64,000 nucleotides of DNA from Patescibacteria group bacterium (GTDB taxonomy: Bacteria; Patescibacteriota; Patescibacteriia; UBA11705; DATKZF01): the NCBI GenBank assembly GCA_049319825.1, contig JBMORT010000006.1, positions 80,012-144,011 of the forward strand, given 5' to 3'. The translations under genes and the position numbers were made by a program. Positions 46,612 to 54,883 of this stretch are shown here, one piece after another. The notes under the pieces are model-generated. The model was not told where the DNA came from, ran no database searches, and saw only the letters and a list, made by a program, of their open reading frames with translations. The stretch's first letter is position 1, and every line of letters begins with the position of its first letter.

Positions 46612-46851
46612 ATGATAGGCAGAGTTATCATTGGTATTTTAATTTCCGTGTCCGGTTTTTTAATAGTTTGGAAAACGGAATTCGTTTACCGCGCCGTGGG
46701 ACGGATTCCGACCGGAGAAAAGCTTTTCGGCAGCGGTGGTACCAGATTTTTTCTAAAGCTGCTGGGTATTATTATTATTTTCGTTGGTTTTTTCGTGATC
46801 ACCAATTATCATGAAAAAATATTAAACGCGATTTTTGGCAAGATTTTTTAA
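46612..46851 (+). CDS. Small two-TM membrane protein
   Basis: Two hydrophobic helices around GRIPTGEKLFGSGGTRFFLKLLG; TGATATAAT upstream. Confidence 0.75.
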   Translation: MIGRVIIGILISVSGFLIVWKTEFVYRAVGRIPTGEKLFGSGGTRFFLKLLGIIIIFVGFFVITNYHEKILNAIFGKIF

Positions 46852-46940
46852 TCTCGATGTTTGAGATTATTAAGTTAAAATCGCAATATTAAAGATTTTA
46901 AATTTTCCCTCCATATTTTCCTTTGTGTCTATTTATTTTT

Positions 46941-47492
46941 ATGGCTTACAGTTTTCTTACCAATCATCATTTCTACGATTTCAACCAGTTGCTTGATCAC
47001 CTTGAGGTCAGACCGGGGCATGCTGTTTTGGATTTGGGGTGTGGTCACCACGGCTACTGGACTTTTCCGATGGCCAAAATGGTGGGACGTTCCGGACAAG
47101 TGCACGCGCTCGATATCATGCCCAGCGCGGTTGACATGATTAAGAGAAAAAGCGCGGAATTGAAGCTCCCTCAAATCAATCCGATTTGGGCGGATATGGA
47201 AAATTTAAAAAAATTCAAGCTGCCCACCGCTGACTTGGCGCTGATCGTGAATGTGATGCATCAGATCAAGAATCAAAAGAAATTATTGACTGAATTAAAA
47301 GGTTTGCTTCGGCCGAAGGCGAAGTTGTTGATCATCGACTGGCGTCAAGCGGGTAACCAATACGGCCCGCCGCTGGAACAGCGAGTGGCCGAACAAGAGT
47401 TGATCGGTTGGGGAAAAAAAGCCCGGCTGGACCTGGCGAAGGAATTTTATCTCGATAATGATCATTTCGCCAAAATTTTCATCAATAATTAA
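46941..47492 (+). CDS. Class I SAM-dependent methyltransferase
   Basis: VLDLGCGHHG, VHALDI, ADLALIVNVMHQ, LLIIDW, GPPLEQRV. Confidence 0.9.
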   Translation: MAYSFLTNHHFYDFNQLLDHLEVRPGHAVLDLGCGHHGYWTFPMAKMVGRSGQVHALDIMPSAVDMIKRKSAELKLPQINPIWADMENLKKFKLPTADLALIVNVMHQIKNQKKLLTELKGLLRPKAKLLIIDWRQAGNQYGPPLEQRVAEQELIGWGKKARLDLAKEFYLDNDHFAKIFINN

Positions 47493-47494
47493 CT

Positions 47495-47860
47495 ATGTCG
47501 GATCGAGCTTTAACCGGCAAAAAGGGAGAGGCGGCAGCTGTTGAATTTTTGGAAAAGAAAGGTTATAAAATCATTTGCCGGAATTTTAAGCGGTTCGGCG
47601 GTGAAATTGATTTGATTGCCGAGGTCGGCCAAAGCTTGGTTTTGTGTGAGGTGAAAAGCAAACGGCACGGATCATTTTTTTCGCCGCAAGAAAACATCAG
47701 CAATAAAAAAATCGAAAAAATGCTCAAAGTCTTAGATCGGTTTTTATCGGAGTATCCGGAATTTGAAAAATTTAATCCGCAAATCGATTTGGTCTTCGTG
47801 GAATTAAACGACTCGTTCCCGCCAATTATAGAACATTTTGAAAATATCATGATTGAATAA
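47495..47860 (+). CDS. yraN: YraN/UPF0102 family PD-(D/E)XK nuclease-like protein
   Basis: GKKGEAAA..FLEKKGY.I..RNF...GEIDLIA..CEVKS..IEHFEN. Confidence 0.93.
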   Translation: MSDRALTGKKGEAAAVEFLEKKGYKIICRNFKRFGGEIDLIAEVGQSLVLCEVKSKRHGSFFSPQENISNKKIEKMLKVLDRFLSEYPEFEKFNPQIDLVFVELNDSFPPIIEHFENIMIE

Positions 47861-47904
47861 ATTACAAATGATTACAAAATTTATCTATTCGTAATTTGAA
47901 ATTT

Positions 47905-48267
47905 ATGGAAACACACAATCCCAACCAATCTCAAGCGTCTTCTTCAAACGCCCCCAAGGACAAAGACATCGAAGAGAACAAAACCGTAGCCATGCTCAGC
48001 TACATCTGGATTTTATTTTTAATTCCGCTGTTTTCCAAAAAGGACAGTAAATTCTGCCAGTTCCATGCCAAGCAAGGATTGGTGCTGTTTATCGCTTCTT
48101 TGGTAATTAGTTTGATCGGCATTATTCCCATCCTCGGCTGGATAACCGGTTTTATTTTGGGAATTTTATTGCTGATATTGGCCATCATGGGCATTGTTAA
48201 AGCTCTTCAGGGAGAATACTGGGAAATGCCGGTTTTGGGGCAGTACGCGAAAAAGTTTAATTTATAG
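47905..48267 (+). CDS. DUF4870-type membrane protein
   Basis: ENKTVAMLSY, FCQFHAKQGLVL, GIVKALQGEYWEMPVLG. Confidence 0.85.
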   Translation: METHNPNQSQASSSNAPKDKDIEENKTVAMLSYIWILFLIPLFSKKDSKFCQFHAKQGLVLFIASLVISLIGIIPILGWITGFILGILLLILAIMGIVKALQGEYWEMPVLGQYAKKFNL

Positions 48268-48366
48268 GTTACAAGATTATTAGATTCATATACGAGATTA
48301 TACAGATCGCTTAAGGCGTGAGATATAATGATCTTGTAATATCTGTATATAATCTGTAATCTCGTA
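48268..48366. repeat. Low-complexity inverted-arm intergenic element
   Basis: TTACAAGAT..TACGAGATTATACAGAT mirrored by ATCTTGTAA..ATCTGTATATAATCTGTAATCTCGTA. Confidence 0.6.
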
Positions 48367-48389
48367 GATTCAATCCTTGTAACCAAAAT

Positions 48390-49829
48390 ATGCGCAGAAC
48401 CAAAATTGTCTGCACGCTCGGTCCGGCGTCAGAGAAAATAGAAATAATACAACAAATGGTCGATTCAGGCATGAATGTGGCCAGGCTTAATTTTTCTCAT
48501 GGTACGCACGCCTACCACAAAAAGTTGATGAGCGCGGTCAGAAAGATTTCCAAAAAAGAAAACATCGCCGTGGGCATATTGCAAGATTTGCAAGGGCCGA
48601 AAATCAGGGTGGGCAATATGCCCGAGAAGGGAATCAATATTACGAGCGGTTCAGAAATTATTGTGACCACGAAAAAAATCAGAACAGGCAGCGAAGAAAT
48701 GATTTCTATTGACTACCCTCATTTGCATGAGGATGTGAAAACCGGCGATCATATTTTGATTGATGACGGACTGTTGGATTTGGAGGTGAAAAAGACCGAA
48801 GGTAATAATATTCATTGCCAAGCGATTAACGGAGGTTTGTTGACCTCGCATAAAGGAGTTAATTTGCCCGGAGTCAAGCTGAGCGTTTCCGCCCTGACCG
48901 CCAAGGATAAAAAAGATTTATTATTCGGAGTTAAAAACGGCGTGGATTTCGTGGCCTTGTCTTTTGTCAGTTCGGCTAAGGACATTTTCGATTTACGATA
49001 TCTGATCAAGGAATATGAAAAGAAATTAAAGCTGAAAAATAATCAGCCGATCAGAATAGTGGCAAAAATCGAACGCCGCGAAGCGATCGGCAATATCGAT
49101 GAAATCATTGACGCCGCCGACGCGATCATGGTGGCCAGAGGCGATCTGGGAGTGGAGCTGCCCGCAGAGGACGTACCATTGCGCCAGAAAGAAATTATTG
49201 ATAAATGCCTGGAAGCGGCCAAGCCGGTAATCGTAGCCACGCAAATGCTCGATTCGATGATTAGAAATCCGCGGCCGACCAGAGCCGAGGTTAGCGATGT
49301 GGCCAATGCGGTCATTGATCATACCGATGCGGTCATGCTTTCCGGAGAGACTGCTTCCGGAAAATATCCGGTCAAATCCGTAGAAACCATGGCCAAGATT
49401 GTTACTAAAACCGAGGATTCGACCTATGATGACCTAGTGCTGCAGGAAAAGGTCAGGCAAATCGAAGCCACTGACAGGGCGATCGCCAGAGTGGCGAAAA
49501 TGTTGGTGGAGCATGTGGACGCCAAGGCGATTTTGGTGGCGTCATTATCAGGGTACACGGCCAGAGTGGTGTCCCGCTACCGGCCGGAATTACCGATATT
49601 AGCGTCCTGCGACAATGATCGGGTGATGAGGCAAATGATACTGTCTTGGGGAGTGATCCCTTTTGTCATCGCCACTTCAAGGAGCGTGGAAGAATTAATC
49701 GACCGCTCGCTGTCATACGGCAAAAAAGCCAAGCAGCTGAAAATAGACGATAAAATTATTCTGGTCGCCGGTGAGCCCGTAGGTAAAAGCGGACATGTTA
49801 ATTTCGTGGAGATTAAAGAAGTGAATTAA
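48390..49829 (+). CDS. pyk: Pyruvate kinase
   Basis: RTKIVCTLGPAS, ARLNFSHG, DLQGPKIR, AKIE, MVARGDLG, ATQMLDSM..PTRAE, MLSGETA. Confidence 0.99.
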   Translation: MRRTKIVCTLGPASEKIEIIQQMVDSGMNVARLNFSHGTHAYHKKLMSAVRKISKKENIAVGILQDLQGPKIRVGNMPEKGINITSGSEIIVTTKKIRTGSEEMISIDYPHLHEDVKTGDHILIDDGLLDLEVKKTEGNNIHCQAINGGLLTSHKGVNLPGVKLSVSALTAKDKKDLLFGVKNGVDFVALSFVSSAKDIFDLRYLIKEYEKKLKLKNNQPIRIVAKIERREAIGNIDEIIDAADAIMVARGDLGVELPAEDVPLRQKEIIDKCLEAAKPVIVATQMLDSMIRNPRPTRAEVSDVANAVIDHTDAVMLSGETASGKYPVKSVETMAKIVTKTEDSTYDDLVLQEKVRQIEATDRAIARVAKMLVEHVDAKAILVASLSGYTARVVSRYRPELPILASCDNDRVMRQMILSWGVIPFVIATSRSVEELIDRSLSYGKKAKQLKIDDKIILVAGEPVGKSGHVNFVEIKEVN

Positions 49830-49838
49830 AGTTGACCC

Positions 49839-49929
49839 CGATGCTAATATACGAATTGATACTAATGATACTAATGATACTAATATCGCTTTATTCGTAT
49901 AATTCGCATGCATTCGTATATTCGCATCG
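49839..49929. repeat. MITE-like element with 18-bp terminal inverted repeats and internal 9-mer repeats
   Basis: CGATGCTAATATACGAAT ... ATTCGTATATTCGCATCG; (GATACTAAT)x3 inside. Confidence 0.75.
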
Positions 49930-49935
49930 CTTGCT

Positions 49936-50406
49936 ATGTGCGCCGGATTTGCAATCTATTATGAAAAATTAAAAAAAGCTCAGGTGAAAAAGTGCTTTAC
50001 TGACACCGAGCTTGAGAAATTCAAAAAGGGCGATGAGCTCGAATTTTATTTTTGGCAGAAAAAGCCCTGCGTGCCGATCGAGGAAAACGGCAAAGTTAAT
50101 CTATATGAATGGGGCAATAGAAACAATAAAGAATTGAAAATGCCAAAGACCGGCTGGTGCCGCGCCGAGAGCTTGGCTTCCGGAAAGTGGGATTGGCTCA
50201 AGCCAAAAATTGTGCATGTGCCGGCCACGCGCGGATTTGAAAAGAAAAAGTGGTTCAGGACGCCCAAAGGAATCGAGGCGGTCCTGGCCCGGCAGGGCAA
50301 AGAGAAAAAAGTATATATTTTGACTGAGCCGTCATCCGGTTTTTATTCAAAGTTGACTGGGCATGATAGAATGCCGGTTGGTGATATTAAAGAGATTATA
50401 GAGTGA
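49936..50406 (+). CDS. Divergent SRAP/HMCES (YedK-like) family protein
   Basis: N-terminal Met-Cys, EWG, CRAES (compare NARxE), GFE, ILT, C-terminal HDRMP. Confidence 0.7.
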   Translation: MCAGFAIYYEKLKKAQVKKCFTDTELEKFKKGDELEFYFWQKKPCVPIEENGKVNLYEWGNRNNKELKMPKTGWCRAESLASGKWDWLKPKIVHVPATRGFEKKKWFRTPKGIEAVLARQGKEKKVYILTEPSSGFYSKLTGHDRMPVGDIKEIIE

Positions 50407-50417
50407 AAAATATACGT

Positions 50418-50570
50418 CAAGCGTTTTATTTAATAAAGCTCGGCCCAAGGCCGAGTTGTTCTTTTTGTAACCAAAAAGAACCAAAAAGTTTTGGGGGGCC
50501 TCGAATGCGTGGCGACGTTTGAGTTTATATATCGCGCCTTGGGCAACGATGCCCCCCAACCCCTCGGTGC
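50418..50570. repeat. Structured intergenic element (multi-hairpin)
   Basis: CTCGGC-CCAAG-GCCGAG; TTCTTTTTG-TAAC-CAAAAAGAA; TTGGGGGGC..GCCCCCCAA long-range stem. Confidence 0.55.
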
Positions 50571-50797
50571 TTGTGGATTTTTTGTAGCGATGATGTTATA
50601 CCGCACGATCGGATGCCGGTGGGCGAGGCTGAGTGTTATAGGCAGTAGGCAATAGGCAGTAGCCTGTTGCGTTACTTTTGCCTTGTGCCCGCTGCCTCAG
50701 AATGAGTTGAATTTTCAGCTTTTTTTTAGTTTGACAAAAGTTAATTTTAAGGGTAAACTCCAATATCCGCAACAACAATGGCAAGGAGGGCGTTGTT

Positions 50798-51526
50798 ATG
50801 GATGCTCCGCTTCCGTTGAAGATTTTAGCCGCGGCATTGCTTATATCGCTTTTTATTGGGTTCATGCTGCTTTCCATTAAGGAACAAAGAAAAAAGGATG
50901 CCCAGGCAGTTGAACAGAGTTCTGATGCTGGTCGGGCAGACGTTGTCAGCCAAGGCCCTGCCGATAATCCGATCGATTACGGCATGACGTATCCGCGGCC
51001 AACAGAGGAAAACATCAAAGCTGCCGAGGCCAGGGCTCGTCGTGTAGCGGCCGCGATCGAATACACGCGCCAGCACGGGGGAGAGGTTCCTCGCGGTGTA
51101 AACGACAACGACTATAGCCCATTGGCGGCCTATCCAATACCGCCTGACGTCAGCTCTATGGATCCGGAAGTCAGTTATGGCACGAATCTGGCCGGCAAGG
51201 TGATCCATGGTCCAAGAGAGTTCGATGGAAGTTTGCTCGGTCTGCGCTATCTTGTAGTGCAGCGACTGGATAATCAGGAAAAGGTAGCGGTTCTCTGCGA
51301 TGATTCGTACAAAGTTCCCTACAACAACCTGCTGGAATTCCAGGTGATTTTCATCAGCAACCGTCAGGCCACGATCTACATCGTCATCAACGATGACCCG
51401 AGTCTGCCGACCGAGGCGTTGGCCGGGCCCGGGCAGATTCTGCGGCCGCCTCCGCCGGACATTCAGTATCCGACCGAGGCCATGCCCGACGTCGTACAAC
51501 CCAAAGACGTACAAAGCGCGGAATAA
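50798..51526 (+). CDS. Orphan N-terminally membrane-anchored, Pro-rich hypothetical protein
   Basis: TM at aa 8-28; TTGACA-17-TAAACT promoter (50731-50759); AAGGAGG SD; terminator GCCGTCC..GGACGGC-T-run (~51540-51576); visibly GC-richer. Confidence 0.75.
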   Translation: MDAPLPLKILAAALLISLFIGFMLLSIKEQRKKDAQAVEQSSDAGRADVVSQGPADNPIDYGMTYPRPTEENIKAAEARARRVAAAIEYTRQHGGEVPRGVNDNDYSPLAAYPIPPDVSSMDPEVSYGTNLAGKVIHGPREFDGSLLGLRYLVVQRLDNQEKVAVLCDDSYKVPYNNLLEFQVIFISNRQATIYIVINDDPSLPTEALAGPGQILRPPPPDIQYPTEAMPDVVQPKDVQSAE

Positions 51527-51732
51527 AGTTCTTGCGCTTGCCGTCCGTAGTTTTATAAAAAAGGACGGCTTTTTTTATTTTTCAAAAAAGGAAAAATATG
51601 GTAAAATAATATTTAAGAAGGCTTAAGGAGGCGTAAGAGGTAAAGAAGGCAAATGGGGCAGAGAAGGCTTTCTTATAATATTTTTTTTATGGCGAAGAAA
51701 TTGAAATTTTTGAATCTCGTTATTGACTTACT

Positions 51733-51778
51733 TTGACAGCGAAGTTAACATATGTTAACATTAAATTAGTGAGTTAAC
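51733..51778 (+). promoter_or_regulatory. TA promoter with overlapping palindromic operator
   Basis: TTGACA-17-(TG)TAACAT; perfect palindrome GTTAACATATGTTAAC (51744-51759) plus a third GTTAAC (51773-51778). Confidence 0.75.
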
Positions 51779-51785
51779 GGAAAAT

Positions 51786-52058
51786 ATGCCTCCAAAAACA
51801 ATAATAACCAAGGATTTTTATTCTGTCAGTGAGTTGGCTGATTTATTGGGAATCAGTCGGATTGCCGTATTTAAAAAAATTCAAAAAGGCCAAATTAAAG
51901 CATTTAAAATTGGCAGAAATTATGTAATTCCCAAAAAGGAATTAGGAGCGGTGCTTGGAGTTGTTCTTAGTGAGAAGGATAAGGCAATGATCGATAAAGC
52001 AATAATGAAGACCATTAAAGAATATGGAGAAACTCTAAAATTATTGGGGGCTGAATAA
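51786..52058 (+). CDS. Excisionase-type HTH (HTH_17) protein, putative antitoxin
   Basis: FYSVSELADLLGISRIAVFKKIQKGQIKAFKIGRNYVI; C-terminal helix TIKEYGETLKLLG; abuts doc. Confidence 0.85.
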   Translation: MPPKTIITKDFYSVSELADLLGISRIAVFKKIQKGQIKAFKIGRNYVIPKKELGAVLGVVLSEKDKAMIDKAIMKTIKEYGETLKLLGAE

Positions 52059-52490
52059 ATGATTCATATGAGAAAGATTACCATCGCTGAAGTTAAATAC
52101 CTATCGTTTAAATTGGCAAAAGAGTCAATGAGCTTTAATGAACCGATCCCTGATTTTTCAACCCGTTTTCCGGAAGTTCTTGAAAGTTGTTTGATTACTC
52201 CGTTTCAGACTTTTCAAAAAAAATCGATGTATCGAGGGCAAATTAAAAAGGCCGCCGTTTTATTTTACCTAATGGTTAAAAATCATCCGTTCCAGAACGG
52301 AAACAAAAGAATAGCGACAACAACCTTGCTTGTTTTTTTGTATATGAATAATAAATGGTTAAAAGTTGACAGCAGAGAGTTGTATAATTTTGCCGTTTGG
52401 GTGGCCGAAAGCCCGGCTTCATTAAAAGACGAGGTTGTGTTAGCGGTAGAGAAATTCGTTAAAAAAAATATTGTTGTTATGAAAAAATAA
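52059..52490 (+). CDS. doc: Fic/Doc family (death-on-curing) toxin
   Basis: KAAVLFYLMVKNHPFQNGNKRIA, FLYMN. Start may be at 52068. Confidence 0.88.
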   Translation: MIHMRKITIAEVKYLSFKLAKESMSFNEPIPDFSTRFPEVLESCLITPFQTFQKKSMYRGQIKKAAVLFYLMVKNHPFQNGNKRIATTTLLVFLYMNNKWLKVDSRELYNFAVWVAESPASLKDEVVLAVEKFVKKNIVVMKK

Positions 52491-52492
52491 AT

Positions 52493-54841
52493 ATGAAATT
52501 CAAATTCGTTAAATTTTTTAATGAAATTACAAAAAAGCACCAGCCACTCGTCGGCGGCAAGAACGCCATGCTGGGTGATATGTACAATAAATTAAAAAGC
52601 GCGGGCATTCCCGTGCCTGACGGCTTTGTTTTCACTGCCAAGGGTTATCAGGAATTTTTGAAATTTAATAAGCTTGAAAATAAAATCAAAAAAACTTTGC
52701 GCGGGCTTGACGTTGAAAACGCGCAGGATCTCGAGACTCGGGGAAAAGCCGTTCGCGAGCTGATCGAAGGCGGAAATTTTTCCGAAAAAATAAAAGAAGA
52801 GATAAAAGTCGCTTATCAGAAGCTGAGCAAGCATTATCAGCAAACGGCAACCGATGTGGCGGTTCGATCTTCGGCGACCGCGGAAGATTTGCCGACCGCT
52901 TCTTTTGCCGGCCAGCTCGAATCATATTTAAACGTTCGAGGAATTGAAAATCTTTTGTGGACAATAAAAAAATGCATGGCTTCTTTATATACTGACCGCG
53001 CGATTTCATACAGGAAAGACAAAGGCTTTCCCATGGCCGGCATTTCAATTTCAGTCGGGATACAGAAGATGGTCAGAAGCGACAAAGCCGCATCAGGAGT
53101 AATGTTTACCCTGGAAACGGAAAGCGGATTTAGAAATTTGGTAACGATCAATGCCGGGCTAGGGCTGGGTGAGAACGTGGTTAAGGGCAGGATCGATCCG
53201 GATGAATATTATATTTTCAAATCAACTTTGGAAAAAGGATTCAGGCCCATTATCAAAAAGAAGCTGGGATTAAAGCAGCTGAAGCTGGTTTATAAAGGAG
53301 ATCGCACCGTTAATCTTAGGACGCCGGCCAATGAGAAAAATCAGCTGGCCCTGAGCGACGCGGAAATTTTGAAATTGGCCAGATGGGGAATGATTATTGA
53401 AAAGCAGTATAAAATGCCCATGGACATGGAATGGGCCAAAGACGGCATTCAAAATAAGCTTTATATTGTCCAGGCCAGGCCGGAAACAGTGCATTCGGCT
53501 GAGAATAGAAATGTTTTATATCAATATCGCCTGAAAGCGATTCCGGCCAAGCAGTTGCTTTACGGCATTGCCATTGGCAATAATATCGGCCAGGGACCGG
53601 TTAAAGTGATTGAAAACGTCAGCCAGCTCAAAAAGTTGAAGCAAGGCGATGTACTGGTGACTAAAATGACAGATCCAGCCTGGGAGCCGGCCATGAAAAT
53701 AGCATCGGCCATCGTCACTGACAGCGGCGGCCGCACCTGCCATGCGGCGATCGTAGCTCGCGAGCTGGGGATCCCGGCATTGGTTGGTACAAAAAATTCA
53801 ACAAAAGTTTTAAATACAGGCAGAAAAGTTACGGTTGATTGCTCGCAAGGAGTTGAGGGCTTTGTTTATCAGGGATTATTGCCTTATAAAAAGATAAAAG
53901 TCAGTTTGGAAAAGACGAAAATGCCAAGAACTCAGGTAATGATGAACGTTGGCAATCCGGATATTGTTTTTGCTTCTTCTTTTATTCCCAATCAAGGCGT
54001 TGGCCTCGCGCGTGAGGAGTTTATTATCAGCGATTATATAAAGATCCATCCGCTGGCGTTGATTAATTTTGGAAAGCTCGAACCGGACTTGAAAAATAAA
54101 ATCGAGAAATTAACTCCGCATTATTCGAATAAAAAACAATTTTATGTTGACAAGCTGGCAGAGGGGATCGGCCAGATAGCGGCGGCTTTCTATCCGAAAG
54201 AAGTCATTGTCCGTTTCTCAGACTTCAAGACAAATGAATACCGGTCGCTGGTCGGCGGAGAGCGATATGAGCCGCATGAGGCGAATCCAATGCTCGGCTG
54301 GCGCGGCGCGGCGCGATACTATGATCCTAAATTCAAGCCGGCGTTTATTCTGGAATGCCGGGCGATAAAAAAGGTAATTAAAGAATTTGGTTTGAATAAT
54401 ATTAAAGTAATGGTCCCATTTTGCCGGACAGCAGGGGAGGGGCGAAAAGTTTTACAAATAATTAAAGAACAGGGCTTGAAAAAATTGCGAGTCGAAGTTT
54501 ATGTCATGGTGGAAATTCCGAGCAATGTTTTAGAAGCCGCTGAATTCGCCAAAATTTTTGACGGCTTCAGCATCGGCTCGAATGATTTGACGCAATTGAT
54601 TTTGGGCGTTGACCGCGATTCAGAGTTTGTTCAGCATGTTTATAATGAAAAAGATCCCGCGGTTTTAAAAATGATCGGCGAGGTGATTAAAGTCGCCAAG
54701 TCGAAAAAGAAGAAAATCGGCATTTGCGGCCAAGCGCCGAGCGATTTTCCGGATTTCGCCCGCTGGCTGGTGAAAAATAAAATTGACAGCATGTCTTTGA
54801 ATCCGGATTCGGTGACGAAGACAATCGAAAGGTTGAAATAA
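52493..54841 (+). CDS. ppsA: Phosphoenolpyruvate synthase
   Basis: VGGKNA.LG, VAVRSSATAEDLP.ASFAGQ, VQARPET, GGRTCHAAI, EANPMLGWRG, FSIGSNDLTQ, GICGQAPSD. Confidence 0.99.
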   Translation: MKFKFVKFFNEITKKHQPLVGGKNAMLGDMYNKLKSAGIPVPDGFVFTAKGYQEFLKFNKLENKIKKTLRGLDVENAQDLETRGKAVRELIEGGNFSEKIKEEIKVAYQKLSKHYQQTATDVAVRSSATAEDLPTASFAGQLESYLNVRGIENLLWTIKKCMASLYTDRAISYRKDKGFPMAGISISVGIQKMVRSDKAASGVMFTLETESGFRNLVTINAGLGLGENVVKGRIDPDEYYIFKSTLEKGFRPIIKKKLGLKQLKLVYKGDRTVNLRTPANEKNQLALSDAEILKLARWGMIIEKQYKMPMDMEWAKDGIQNKLYIVQARPETVHSAENRNVLYQYRLKAIPAKQLLYGIAIGNNIGQGPVKVIENVSQLKKLKQGDVLVTKMTDPAWEPAMKIASAIVTDSGGRTCHAAIVARELGIPALVGTKNSTKVLNTGRKVTVDCSQGVEGFVYQGLLPYKKIKVSLEKTKMPRTQVMMNVGNPDIVFASSFIPNQGVGLAREEFIISDYIKIHPLALINFGKLEPDLKNKIEKLTPHYSNKKQFYVDKLAEGIGQIAAAFYPKEVIVRFSDFKTNEYRSLVGGERYEPHEANPMLGWRGAARYYDPKFKPAFILECRAIKKVIKEFGLNNIKVMVPFCRTAGEGRKVLQIIKEQGLKKLRVEVYVMVEIPSNVLEAAEFAKIFDGFSIGSNDLTQLILGVDRDSEFVQHVYNEKDPAVLKMIGEVIKVAKSKKKKIGICGQAPSDFPDFARWLVKNKIDSMSLNPDSVTKTIERLK

Positions 54842-54883
54842 CAAAATAAGATCCGAATAACAAATAGCAAAAATTTGGAATTT

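Noticed and set aside
50825-51514. 229-aa minus-strand ORF
   Set aside because: Antisense shadow of 50798-51526, which has the promoter, SD, TM segment and terminator.
51786-52058. Excisionase marking an integrated element
   Set aside because: No integrase or att repeats seen; its position before doc with an operator palindrome fits an antitoxin better.
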